Part shown: positions 9,319 to 17,473 of the stretch, piece after piece
How positions within the stretch are numbered: the stretch's first letter is position 1
Layout: every line of letters begins with the position of its first letter
NCBI GenBank assembly: GCA_035639355.1
Contig: DASQYE010000182.1
Span: 1-27,525, forward strand
Source of the DNA: Pyrinomonadaceae bacterium
GTDB taxonomy: Bacteria > Acidobacteriota > Blastocatellia > Pyrinomonadales > Pyrinomonadaceae
Direction of reading: 5' to 3'
DNA: 27,525 nt
The notes under the pieces: model-generated
Seen by the model: only the letters and a program-made list of their open reading frames with translations
Databases searched by the model: none
Told to the model about the DNA's origin: nothing
Translations under genes and position numbers: made by a program

Positions 9319-9458
9319 GGTGGGAGTTCAAGCGCGCCCGCGCCACATCTACCAGCTTACTACCGACCCGGCACGGCGCGCCAACGCTCACCATAATGTA
9401 CTAGCTCTTCGGAGTTTGGCAAATCAGCCGGAGGCAAAACAGCACGGCGCTTGATACC
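9319..9458. ncRNA. Candidate structured non-coding RNA (rod-like with central bubble, possibly 6S-like); strand uncertain
   Basis: Nested helices 9328-9335/9447-9454, 9368-9372/9427-9431, 9380-9384/9416-9420 and 9386-9389/9412-9415; cUUCGg tetraloop at 9407-9412 on +. Lies in an intergenic gap with no convincing ORF. Confidence 0.35.
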
Positions 9459-9459
9459 A

Positions 9460-9503
9460 AAGAGCCCATTGCTTGACGGCCAAGAGAGCATTGCTTGACA
9501 GCT
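9460..9503 (+). repeat. Imperfect 22-nt tandem duplication containing two TTGAC boxes
   Basis: aagagcccattgcttgacggcc (9460-9481) and aagagagcattgcttgacagct (9482-9503), 18/22 identical. Confidence 0.8.
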
Positions 9504-9524
9504 TTGCGAGCACGCCCCTATATT
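9495..9524 (+). promoter_or_regulatory. Sigma70-type promoter for tadA / tRNA-Ser
   Basis: TTGACA (9495-9500), 18-nt spacer, TATATT (9519-9524), about 33 nt before the tadA start. Confidence 0.6.
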
Positions 9525-9557
9525 TGAACTTTGTCAGACGGGGCGCTCTAGATCATC

Positions 9558-10052
9558 ATGATGGCGGACGGCGCGCACGAAGAGGAGTTGGACGCGCACT
9601 GGATGCGCCGCGCCCTGGCGGCTGCGCAGGAGGCGGGCGGTCGCGGCGAAGTGCCCGTAGGGGCCTGCGTCGTGTCGGGCGACGGCCGGATGCTGGCCTG
9701 CGCAGGCAACAGGACACGCGCGGATTGCGACCCGACGGCTCACGCTGAAATAGTCGCGCTGCGTGAAGCCGCGAAAGCGTCCGGCAACTACAGGCTCACG
9801 GGCGCGACCGTCTATTCGACCATCGAGCCGTGCGCTATGTGTGCCGGGGCGCTCATTCAAGCCAGGGCCAGCCGGCTCGTTTACGGCGCGCGAGACGAAC
9901 GCGCCGGCGCAGTCGAATCGCATTTCGGTATCTGCACGGCGAGCTCCTTGAATCATCGAATGGAAATCAGATCAGGCGTGCTCGAAGCGGACTGCCGCGC
10001 GCTCATGCAAGAGTTCTTTCAAGCACGACGGAAAAAAGATGTCAGATATTAG
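9558..10052 (+). CDS. tadA: tRNA adenosine(34) deaminase
   Basis: GEVPVGA, DPTAHAEIVALR and STIEPCAMCAGA zinc-deaminase motifs. Start could be 9558 or 9561. Confidence 0.93.
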   Translation: MMADGAHEEELDAHWMRRALAAAQEAGGRGEVPVGACVVSGDGRMLACAGNRTRADCDPTAHAEIVALREAAKASGNYRLTGATVYSTIEPCAMCAGALIQARASRLVYGARDERAGAVESHFGICTASSLNHRMEIRSGVLEADCRALMQEFFQARRKKDVRY

Positions 10053-10094
10053 ATGCCAGATGCGGGAAGCGGTGGCGACTATCATCCAACATCT
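10037..10094. repeat. Heptamer tandem repeat (AGATnnn x4) with a partial complementary arm
   Basis: agatgtc/agatatt/agatgcc/agatgcg at 10037-10064; catccaacatct at 10083-10094. Confidence 0.5.
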
Positions 10095-10101
10095 GCCTTT
10101 A

Positions 10102-10191
<90 letters not shown>

Positions 10192-10201
10192 TTTCTCTTT
10201 C

Positions 10202-10229
10202 AACGTCAATTCTCTAAATGATTGACGTT
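10202..10229. other. 9-bp perfect inverted repeat just downstream of the tRNA (terminator or integrase-associated site)
   Basis: aacgtcaat-N10-attgacgtt. Confidence 0.5.
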
Positions 10230-10240
10230 CTCTTCGCTCC

Positions 10241-10936
10241 TCACGCCCCCTGCGCAACTTGGCGTAGAGTTGGCGTAGCTGAAATCAGGAGCTTACCTTT
10301 TTCGAGGCTATTGACGGCATCTCTCAACCTCTGTGGGACGCCGTGCGCATAGCCACGCGTAACTTTAGTATTGCGTGTGTCGCCCGGCGTGGTTGAATGG
10401 CCTAAGAGATCAGCGATGTCGTACTCATGGACGTTTGCCGCCCTGAGCCTCGTGGCAAAGGTGTGCCGGAGGCCATGGAAATGGAAATCGCTGAGTCCGG
10501 CAGCTTCGACCGCTCGTTCAAAACAGACCATCAACTGACGGCGCTTCCTTCCTGTGCGCTTCGGGTCAAAGATAAGCTCGTCGTCGGGCGCGTCCTGCCG
10601 CAGGCGCTTGAGGATTTCAAGCGCCCGGACAGTCAAAGGTATAAGACGAGGTTTATCGTTCTTGGTTTTCATGACGAAGATGTGCTGGGCAATCTCGTCT
10701 ACGTCTGCCTAATGAGCATTAAGTAGTTCACCCAGCCTCATCCCAACCTCTAGGTCTAACTCAGCGAGCGCAACCAAGTGCTCGCCGTACACAGCCAGAG
10801 CCTTCATCAGTCGCCCCTCTTCATTGTCCGAATCCTGATTTAAGTAGCGCTGTCTGGGCTCGGGCTCTCTGAGGCGTTTGACTTGCCACGTTATTCCCGC
10901 TCCGGCGTCAACAACAGTGTTTAGACTAGAACAACT
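10241..10936 (-). pseudogene. Tyrosine recombinase/integrase pseudogene: catalytic domain with in-frame TAG, N-terminal domains missing
   Basis: Reading upstream of the track ORF gives VKRLREPEPRQRYL...EEGRLMKAL...HLVALAELDLEVGMRLGELLNAH*ADVD...MKTKNDKPR, then HGLRHTFATRL, LLGH, GYAH. TAG at 10709-10711 sits at the usual Trp; the frame closes with a stop at 10937-10939. Confidence 0.88.
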
Positions 10937-11200
10937 TTAGCCCATGAGACTTGAGCGACGAAGATTGCACTGACAACAACTGGGGCCAGCTCAAAACCTG
11001 ATTTATTAGCCCCGCACACGTTCTTTTCTCTTGAATGGTTCGCCAACTTAATGCTTGAGTCTCCCCTTGAAAGCGACTTTCTCAAGAAAAACCCTGAGCC
11101 GCGAAGAGACCAATCAACGACCTGGCAAATCCACTTGAGGATATGAATAATATATTCAACGATGACTTCAACCCTTCAAAGATCGTGCGGTTCATTTTCT

Positions 11201-11635
11201 CTAATGACCTGCGCCCGCGCCTTCGGTAAGGATACGGCCACTACATAAGAGAATCCACAGGATCGCCATCACTAGAGCTATCACCACGAACACCGTTCTA
11301 CCAGTATTACTAATAGTGGCGATCATCCATAACACTAAAGCGAGATGCATCAATACACCTGAAATGATAAGTGTGTATCCTCGTAGTAGTTTTGAACAAC
11401 TGATAAGGCAGTAAGGTAGATAAAGGAATGGAAACCCATAAAGAAAAGTGATCGAAATTGGCAAGCCTCCGCCGCGCATGAGCGTGTTGGCGGCAAACAG
11501 AGAACCCAAAGACCAGATGATGAGAGCACCAATGCTTATCGAAAAGATAATGACCTTTATGACGAAAGTTAAATTACTGATGGAGCTTTGCGACGCGCCG
11601 ACTTTTGCTTCCTGACTGTCTCTCCTTAAAGCCAT
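11201..11635 (-). CDS. Hypothetical membrane protein (about 4 TM helices)
   Basis: 144-aa ORF with four hydrophobic segments; GGGA upstream of ATG; low GC. Confidence 0.6.
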   Translation of the reverse strand: MALRRDSQEAKVGASQSSISNLTFVIKVIIFSISIGALIIWSLGSLFAANTLMRGGGLPISITFLYGFPFLYLPYCLISCSKLLRGYTLIISGVLMHLALVLWMIATISNTGRTVFVVIALVMAILWILLCSGRILTEGAGAGH

Positions 11636-11892
11636 ATCGGTTATCCCGTTAATAGTAATGAGGTGCAGCCTGCAGCCCGGCCATTACGGTCTCATTACTT
11701 CCAATCAAGGCAATTATAGTTACAGATCAGCCGTTTCAACCGTCTTTTGAACACCTTTCTGTAACTGGAATGCTGGAACGATTTCACACAGCAATCCGGT
11801 TATCTGTTATGTCCAAAAGGAGGCAATAAACACTTCAAAAACCGGTGTCCTGTTGTTATCCGGCTGCGATAAGGCAAGCACCTATGTTCAAA

Positions 11893-14800
11893 TTAAGGGC
11901 GTCCGGTAGCCCACTTGATCGCGGCATCGAATAGATTCCCCCCATTGCTGTTGAAGGTCGCAGCCGTAGTGTCAAACATAAACAGGCCGACACGCCGGGC
12001 AGGAGCAACCAATCCGGGCATTGCCGCCGACTTATTATAACCGAACACGACTATACGGCTGGTATCGCTCGCCAGGGTGGCGACCGAGGATGCATTAGCG
12101 TTGGGCTTTCCCCAGGTAAATGTGCCGGACGCAGTGACCACCGCTACTGTACCTGATAACCCGGCGGCCATCTGATGAGCAGCATTAGTAATCTTTACCT
12201 GTGTCTGGCCGGTGGTCGTACCGAAGTTGCTGGAGGTCTTGGTGGTCATTCCCATGTTATAAAACAGGCCGCTTTCCCAGAGAACAACCGGTACTGTGAC
12301 ATCACGGAACTTGGTGCCGACGGCCGTCGGCGTAACCGTTGAAGAGATGACCACCACCGCCTTACCGTTAGCATCCGCACTCGTCGCCGTGCCGTCTTTG
12401 ACTGTGACTATATAATTTAAAGCTTCGAGACGAGCCTTAATGGCGCTATCGCTACTGTTCAGCGTTGTCGAGCCCGCGACGAGTAACGCCGGCGAGGTGA
12501 CCTTAATATCGGTAGAGCCGGATGTGGTCGTCGCGCCTCCGTTGTCTGTGGCAATCGCCGTCAACGAATAATTGCCAATGCCAACCGCCGTCCAGGTGAA
12601 GCTGTATTGGCCCGGGCCTGTCGCCGCGCCCGCACCGACGTAAGAGCCGTTGGCAAAGAACTCGACCTTACTGATGCTTCCATCCGCGTCGCTGGCTGCA
12701 GACGTGAGAGTGACACTGGCCGGGGCGCTGTACTGTGTGCCGCTCGCCGGTCCCGTCAGGCTTACAGAAGGCGGCGTATTGACCGTGATGTTGATTGGGC
12801 TTGAAGTGGTAGTCGCCTTGTTATTGTCGGTGGCGATGGCGGTCAATGTGTAATTCCCCCCTGGCGCATTGTTCCAGATAAAACTGTGCTGATAAGCGCC
12901 GACCACGGCGCTCGTGCCGATCAGCGCTCCGTTGGCATAGAACTCTACCTTGCTGATCGAGCCATCCACGTCTGTGGCGTTAGCCTTAAGAGTGATGCTG
13001 CTGCTGGGAGATGAATAGAACGCTCCCTGAGTGGGGCTCGTTAAGCTCACCAGAGGCAGGTCATTGACGACGATATTGACCGGCACGGATGTCGTCGTCA
13101 CTCCGGCGGCGTCCGTCGCCACGGCAGTCAACAGGTAATTACCTCCAGGCGCATTGTTCCAGGCAAAATTGTACTGGTTCTGGCCCGCAGGCACTCCCGT
13201 ACCGATCAGCGTTCCGTTGGCATAGAACTCTACCTTGCTGATACTCCCACTGCTGTCGCTCGCATTGGCACTGATCGTGACGTTCGCGGGCCTCTGGAAG
13301 ACCTGCTTCATCGTCGGATTGATAATGCTGACGTTTGCCAATCCGTTCACGACGATGTTTGCGGCAACCGAGACGTTTGTCTTACCGAGATTGTCCGTCG
13401 CGACGGCGATCAGGGAATGTTTGCCGAAAGCCACGCTGTTCCAACTAAAGCTGTATTGGTTCGTGCCCGTCAAAGTGCCGGTTCCGGCCAACTCTCCATT
13501 ATCGAAGAATTCGACTTTACTGATGCTTCCATCCGCATCGCTCGCGCTGGCATTAACGGTGATGCTCGCCGGGCCTGTAAACATATTTCCAGTTGACGGG
13601 CTAGTAATACTGACGGTTGGAGCCAGATTCGGGTCCGGCAGCAGCGTTGTGTTTTCAGTCGCAGAGTTGTTCGTCAAATCAGCATCGCTTTCGTTGGCCC
13701 TGACGTTAGCTGTGTTGATAATGACTTTTCCTCCCGTCGGAATAGGCTCTCCCCCCTCCGTGGGTTTGACGATAATGGTGACGGCGGCGCTCGCGCCAGC
13801 ATTCAGCGCGTCCAGCTTGCAGACGACATCTCCGTCCGCCTCCGCGCATGTCCCCTGGCTGGCGGTCGCCGAAACGAATTCGGTGTTAGGCGGAAGGCCG
13901 TCCGTGAGATTTATTCCGGTCGCAGGCTGTGGGCCGCTGTTAGTTATATTGAGCGTGTAAGTCAGGTCGCTGCCCGCCACGACCTGGTTGGGCGAATCGC
14001 TGCTGGTGATGCTTAGCCCTGCGGCCGCGCCGGAAGGCGGAGGCCCGGTCAATGATGCGACGACAAATTGGCCCAGCAGATTGACCCTGGCGCTAATCGT
14101 CTTGCTGGCAAAGTCAGGGCCTTGCGGGTCTGGCGAGAGGATTGTGCGATCCGCCCAGATCACCGCGCCAGGATCAAACGGGTCGGGCTCCGCATGAAAG
14201 ATTCGGAGGTTATTGAAGACCGTCTGGTCGGTGACGGATGCAACGCTAAAGGTGACGGTATCCGGCCCCGATATTTGGGCCTCAGTTTCCGTATGGTAGC
14301 TGAGATTGTTGTACGTCGTGTATCCGGTCGGCAAGGGGCCGACGATGCTTGCATCGAAGGCGGCGACAGTCGTCGGGCCGTCGGTGTACGTGTTGGTCGC
14401 CAGGATTGAGATGAGCCCATCTTGCTCCAGTGTGAGCGAGGAGGGCGACGAGGATGTGGCAGGGCCGCTTCGCATCTGAGAGGCGAGGCCGTTGTTCCCC
14501 CCGTACAATAGCTTACTCCCATTAGAGGAGCTGAAGAAGCTACCGAAGCCGAAGAAGCTGTCAACGATTTGCGAGCCGGTAGCCGAGTACCACAAGACTG
14601 TATCTTCGGGGGCAAAGTTCCTGTAAACCTGTAGCGGATTTCTTCCGGCGATCGAAGTGGTGCGAATGAATTCCGGTGATTGCAAGAGGTCTTTAAAATC
14701 ATTCGGATCCTCTTCTCCCGCTCGATAACGGACCACCCCGAAGTCAAAGTCCTGTTTTGACGAAGGGGAAATTTCCAAAATCTTTCCATTGTTGAAGGCT

Positions 14801-16464
14801 TCCCCCTGAATCGCGCCCCAGCGCCAGTGGCTATGGACACACTCCGGGCAGCCAGGCCCGACGAAATGCAGGCTCGGCTCAGTATCGGGACTTAACCCGG
14901 GCTCCTCGACGATTCCCAGATTAGTCTGATGAATGTTGTCCCACTTATTCGTCGCCTGGCCGCCGGTGACCGCACGGTCAGACCACTCGACGTAGAGCGG
15001 ATTGAACTTCTTTTCAAAACCCAGACTGCCGACGATCCCTCCTTCCGTCGGATGGCATAGGCCGGGATAATCACAATCCTTAAAGAGGCCGACCGTGTTA
15101 TCAGGGATGCCGTCAACGCTGAGATGCTGGCGCTGTGCGATATTGAGATTAACGATTTCTCCCTGTCCGTAAAAGTGATACTTGACAATCGGCTTCCAGC
15201 GCGAGCACGGTAAGGTGGCGCTGGGCTCGCAGCCGAAGCCCTCGTTATAGAATTCGTATCTTTGAGTAATATGCAGGCAGCTCGTCGCCGTCGCCGGAAT
15301 CTGATCTATCAGGTAGGTGGCCTCGACGACCAGTTTTTCGTTATCACTAAAGGTGTAATAGCTGATGAGGCGGCTGCGCGCCGAGGAATCACTGCTGTCG
15401 GGTTTGAGCTCGCCGCGTTGTTTCGCAAACAGGCTCGTTTGCAAGGTGAAGTAAGGGACGCTGATCCTCTCGGCCATGTAGCGCTGGCCCAATTTCACAT
15501 TGCGAAGCACAAGGCCGTCGTTATCGCTGACTTCGACCTGCATGCTCCATTGCTTATTCGGGTCTGTTCCGGGGCCCGTCACCGTCTGAGGCGCGGGCCT
15601 GGCTATCACTTCACAGTCACAGCGCTTCCCATCCTCTCCAGAGATGTCTGCCCTTGCCCAGGGGGCGACTATGGCGCTCATTCCTTCACCCGTGACCTCG
15701 TCTATATCAACCCCGTACATGCTGGCCCCGCTCCACAGAGGGCCGCTGATGAGCGCTCCCGAATTGATGTCCAGTAGAGCGACCTGGTTGACACGCAAGG
15801 CCTTTCTCCCGCCCAGTGAGGCGGGTCTCTCGATGGCCAGGCTTCTATTCTCTTCCGAGACTGCGCCGTAAGGAAATTTGTTAAGGATACCTCCGCCACT
15901 GGCGTCCAGCTTATAAATCCAGGGAGAATTAGTGCCGTCAAGTCTTTGCCCGAAGGAGATTGCATAAAGCACGTTTTCCTCCGGGTCATAATCCATTGCT
16001 CCGATACCTTTCCCTGTAAAACCGTACTGGTCATTCATCGTCGGGTCGGGAATTTTGGCGAGATCGCCTCCGCCCATGGCAGGAATCTTATGAATGAACC
16101 CATCGGAACAGCCCCCGTTGGAGAGTATGGAAATCCATATATTTCCGTCTGTGGGATCATGAGCGACGCCTCCTCCGAACCGAAGAGTTCCGCCGCACGG
16201 CAATGAGTAATTCCCACCGGCGTCAAACACTTTCAGCACGGCATTGTTCGTCCTGTCGAAGACTTCCATGGAAGTGCTGTCTCGGTTATAGACCCACATC
16301 CGCCCGTTGCGCGGGGGCGTTGATTGTTGCAAAAAGTATGGTTTAGCAGTAGGAGTTATGTTCGCCGGAGAGGCTGCAAAACCGTTCGGCAGGGCAGCCC
16401 AACTCAAGATAATAATCAGCCAAAGATAGGACGTAAGCTTTGCAAGGCTCGGTGAAGATTTCAT
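11893..16464 (-). CDS. Large secreted modular protein: signal peptide, partial beta-propeller, unassigned Cys/His-rich domain, ZU5-like domain, DUF11, 4x bacterial Ig-like (Big_7-type) repeats, C-terminal alpha/beta domain
   Basis: 1523-aa ORF; AAGGAG RBS; hydrophobic N-terminus; DUF11 motif LSITSSDSPNQVVAGSDLTYTLNITNSGP; four SDxDGSISKVEF(F/Y)xNG-type repeats. Confidence 0.85.
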   Translation of the reverse strand: MKSSPSLAKLTSYLWLIIILSWAALPNGFAASPANITPTAKPYFLQQSTPPRNGRMWVYNRDSTSMEVFDRTNNAVLKVFDAGGNYSLPCGGTLRFGGGVAHDPTDGNIWISILSNGGCSDGFIHKIPAMGGGDLAKIPDPTMNDQYGFTGKGIGAMDYDPEENVLYAISFGQRLDGTNSPWIYKLDASGGGILNKFPYGAVSEENRSLAIERPASLGGRKALRVNQVALLDINSGALISGPLWSGASMYGVDIDEVTGEGMSAIVAPWARADISGEDGKRCDCEVIARPAPQTVTGPGTDPNKQWSMQVEVSDNDGLVLRNVKLGQRYMAERISVPYFTLQTSLFAKQRGELKPDSSDSSARSRLISYYTFSDNEKLVVEATYLIDQIPATATSCLHITQRYEFYNEGFGCEPSATLPCSRWKPIVKYHFYGQGEIVNLNIAQRQHLSVDGIPDNTVGLFKDCDYPGLCHPTEGGIVGSLGFEKKFNPLYVEWSDRAVTGGQATNKWDNIHQTNLGIVEEPGLSPDTEPSLHFVGPGCPECVHSHWRWGAIQGEAFNNGKILEISPSSKQDFDFGVVRYRAGEEDPNDFKDLLQSPEFIRTTSIAGRNPLQVYRNFAPEDTVLWYSATGSQIVDSFFGFGSFFSSSNGSKLLYGGNNGLASQMRSGPATSSSPSSLTLEQDGLISILATNTYTDGPTTVAAFDASIVGPLPTGYTTYNNLSYHTETEAQISGPDTVTFSVASVTDQTVFNNLRIFHAEPDPFDPGAVIWADRTILSPDPQGPDFASKTISARVNLLGQFVVASLTGPPPSGAAAGLSITSSDSPNQVVAGSDLTYTLNITNSGPQPATGINLTDGLPPNTEFVSATASQGTCAEADGDVVCKLDALNAGASAAVTIIVKPTEGGEPIPTGGKVIINTANVRANESDADLTNNSATENTTLLPDPNLAPTVSITSPSTGNMFTGPASITVNASASDADGSISKVEFFDNGELAGTGTLTGTNQYSFSWNSVAFGKHSLIAVATDNLGKTNVSVAANIVVNGLANVSIINPTMKQVFQRPANVTISANASDSSGSISKVEFYANGTLIGTGVPAGQNQYNFAWNNAPGGNYLLTAVATDAAGVTTTSVPVNIVVNDLPLVSLTSPTQGAFYSSPSSSITLKANATDVDGSISKVEFYANGALIGTSAVVGAYQHSFIWNNAPGGNYTLTAIATDNNKATTTSSPINITVNTPPSVSLTGPASGTQYSAPASVTLTSAASDADGSISKVEFFANGSYVGAGAATGPGQYSFTWTAVGIGNYSLTAIATDNGGATTTSGSTDIKVTSPALLVAGSTTLNSSDSAIKARLEALNYIVTVKDGTATSADANGKAVVVISSTVTPTAVGTKFRDVTVPVVLWESGLFYNMGMTTKTSSNFGTTTGQTQVKITNAAHQMAAGLSGTVAVVTASGTFTWGKPNANASSVATLASDTSRIVVFGYNKSAAMPGLVAPARRVGLFMFDTTAATFNSNGGNLFDAAIKWATGRP
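12500..13626 (-). repeat. Four coding Ig-like repeats of about 95 aa
   Basis: 12917-12957 and 13202-13242 match at 40/41 nt (285-nt period); protein motif SISKVEF occurs four times. Confidence 0.85.
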
Positions 16465-16905
16465 TATTGCTCCTTGGGTTGCTAAGTTGAGTCTAAGCAG
16501 ATTTCCTAAAAATTCTCTACGCTAAGGATGAAAAGGTGATGATCGATTTGTGAGGCCGATGGCTTCAGTTGAGATCACACGCGCGTCAGTTCTTTAAATA
16601 TTCTCACTACGGGTGTTGGTTTAGCAGGTGCTCATAAGACTCATTGACTCTGAGATGTCGAGTATGCCTTTGGAGGAAACCTTCAAGACATTAAGAATAT
16701 TGAGGGAAAGCTCGTTAAAACCTTATCTACAGTTATCCAAATGATAACTTAATACAACTCATCCCAGCAGAAGCTCTGAAGCCGTTAGACAAGGATTTAC
16801 CAGCAGTAGTAAACCATGTGTCAACCTGTTCTTTGTTGATTAAACGGCTAACGTGAGGCCAGTCGGGATAAGGTGGCCAGTCGACGAACGCGCTTGAGCG
16901 ACGGG

Positions 16906-16934
16906 TTTATAATGTCATTGGTTTAAGATGTCAA
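16906..16934 (-). promoter_or_regulatory. Near-consensus sigma70 promoter facing the giant gene
   Basis: Minus strand TTGACA (16934-16929), 17 nt, TATAAA (16911-16906). Confidence 0.55.
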
Positions 16935-17239
16935 GGGATTTGCTGGGAATTATAGTTGCTTAGCGATAATATTTGTATACTCCTAATGGAGTGACCCGTG
17001 GTTAATAATAGGGCTGTCGAACTGTTAAGACTTCTAAATGCGAGCGCTACTGCCTGCGAAGGCTGTGTCGAGAAGATGATTGATTTAACAGTAGGAGTCG
17101 GGGGCGCTCAAATCGTAGCTGGTCAAGCCCGTACTTACAACTGTCACTCAGCGGAACCGTTCATGCCTATCACCATGAATTATAGCGTGAGTTGCTACAC
17201 GTTATTGAAGTGGTGTCGCAAGTAATACTTTACTCCGAT

Positions 17240-17447
17240 AGGCTAGCATCAAGAAGTTCCATACGGCGGAGCGAACCATCGAAGGTATTGAATCCATCAA
17301 CATGGTAAGAAAAGGTCAGATGAAAAGATTAGAGGGAAGCGATACGGTTGGTCAGGCAAAGTTTGTCTTGAGCCTCTTTCAGATCGTAGCATAAGGAAAC
17401 ACACTTTATGAGTTTTCGCGTTTCAACATAATCTTTGCAACGCAACC
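17240..17447 (+). mobile_element. IS6-family relic: transposase C-terminus plus right terminal inverted repeat
   Basis: 17251-17394 reads KKFHTAERTIEGIESINMVRKGQMKRLEGSDTVGQAKFVLSLFQIVA*, typical of the IS6 Tnp end; 17430-17447 reverse-complements to GGTTGCGTTGCAAAGATT, an IS6-type end. Confidence 0.85.
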
Positions 17448-17473
17448 CGCGATCGCGCCCTTTTCCGCCCTAG

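Noticed and set aside
9265-9460. Partial resemblance to SRP RNA (tcagccggaggcaaaacagc), glycine riboswitch (accgtaagagcaaa...ctcaggt), c-di-AMP riboswitch (cctcgtag) and tmRNA
   Set aside because: Each lacks invariant elements (SRP CAGG/AGCAG loop, glycine GGAGAG, ydaO GGGGA core, tmRNA acceptor and T arm); kept only as an unassigned structured RNA.
10919-11158. Minus-strand open frame RVEVIVEYIIHILKWICQVVDWSLRG...
   Set aside because: No clear start codon or RBS and no integrase similarity; cannot be supported as a gene.
12500-13626. Regularly spaced nucleotide repeats considered as CRISPR or a DGR template
   Set aside because: The 285-nt period is in frame and explained by Ig-domain duplication; no spacers, cas or reverse transcriptase.
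14530-15565. Direct annotation as copper amine oxidase or lysyl oxidase
   Set aside because: TPQ consensus N-Y-D/E and the LOX copper motif are absent; only a fold-level hypothesis is retained.
16761-16801. Possible c-di-GMP-I riboswitch (GGTAAATCC...GGGAT on minus strand) in the giant-gene leader
   Set aside because: No GNRA-capped P2 and no following GCAAA/P3 element.
16998-17225. 75-aa plus-strand ORF in the AT-rich gap
   Set aside because: GTG start without a clear RBS and no recognisable motif; lies among decayed sequence.
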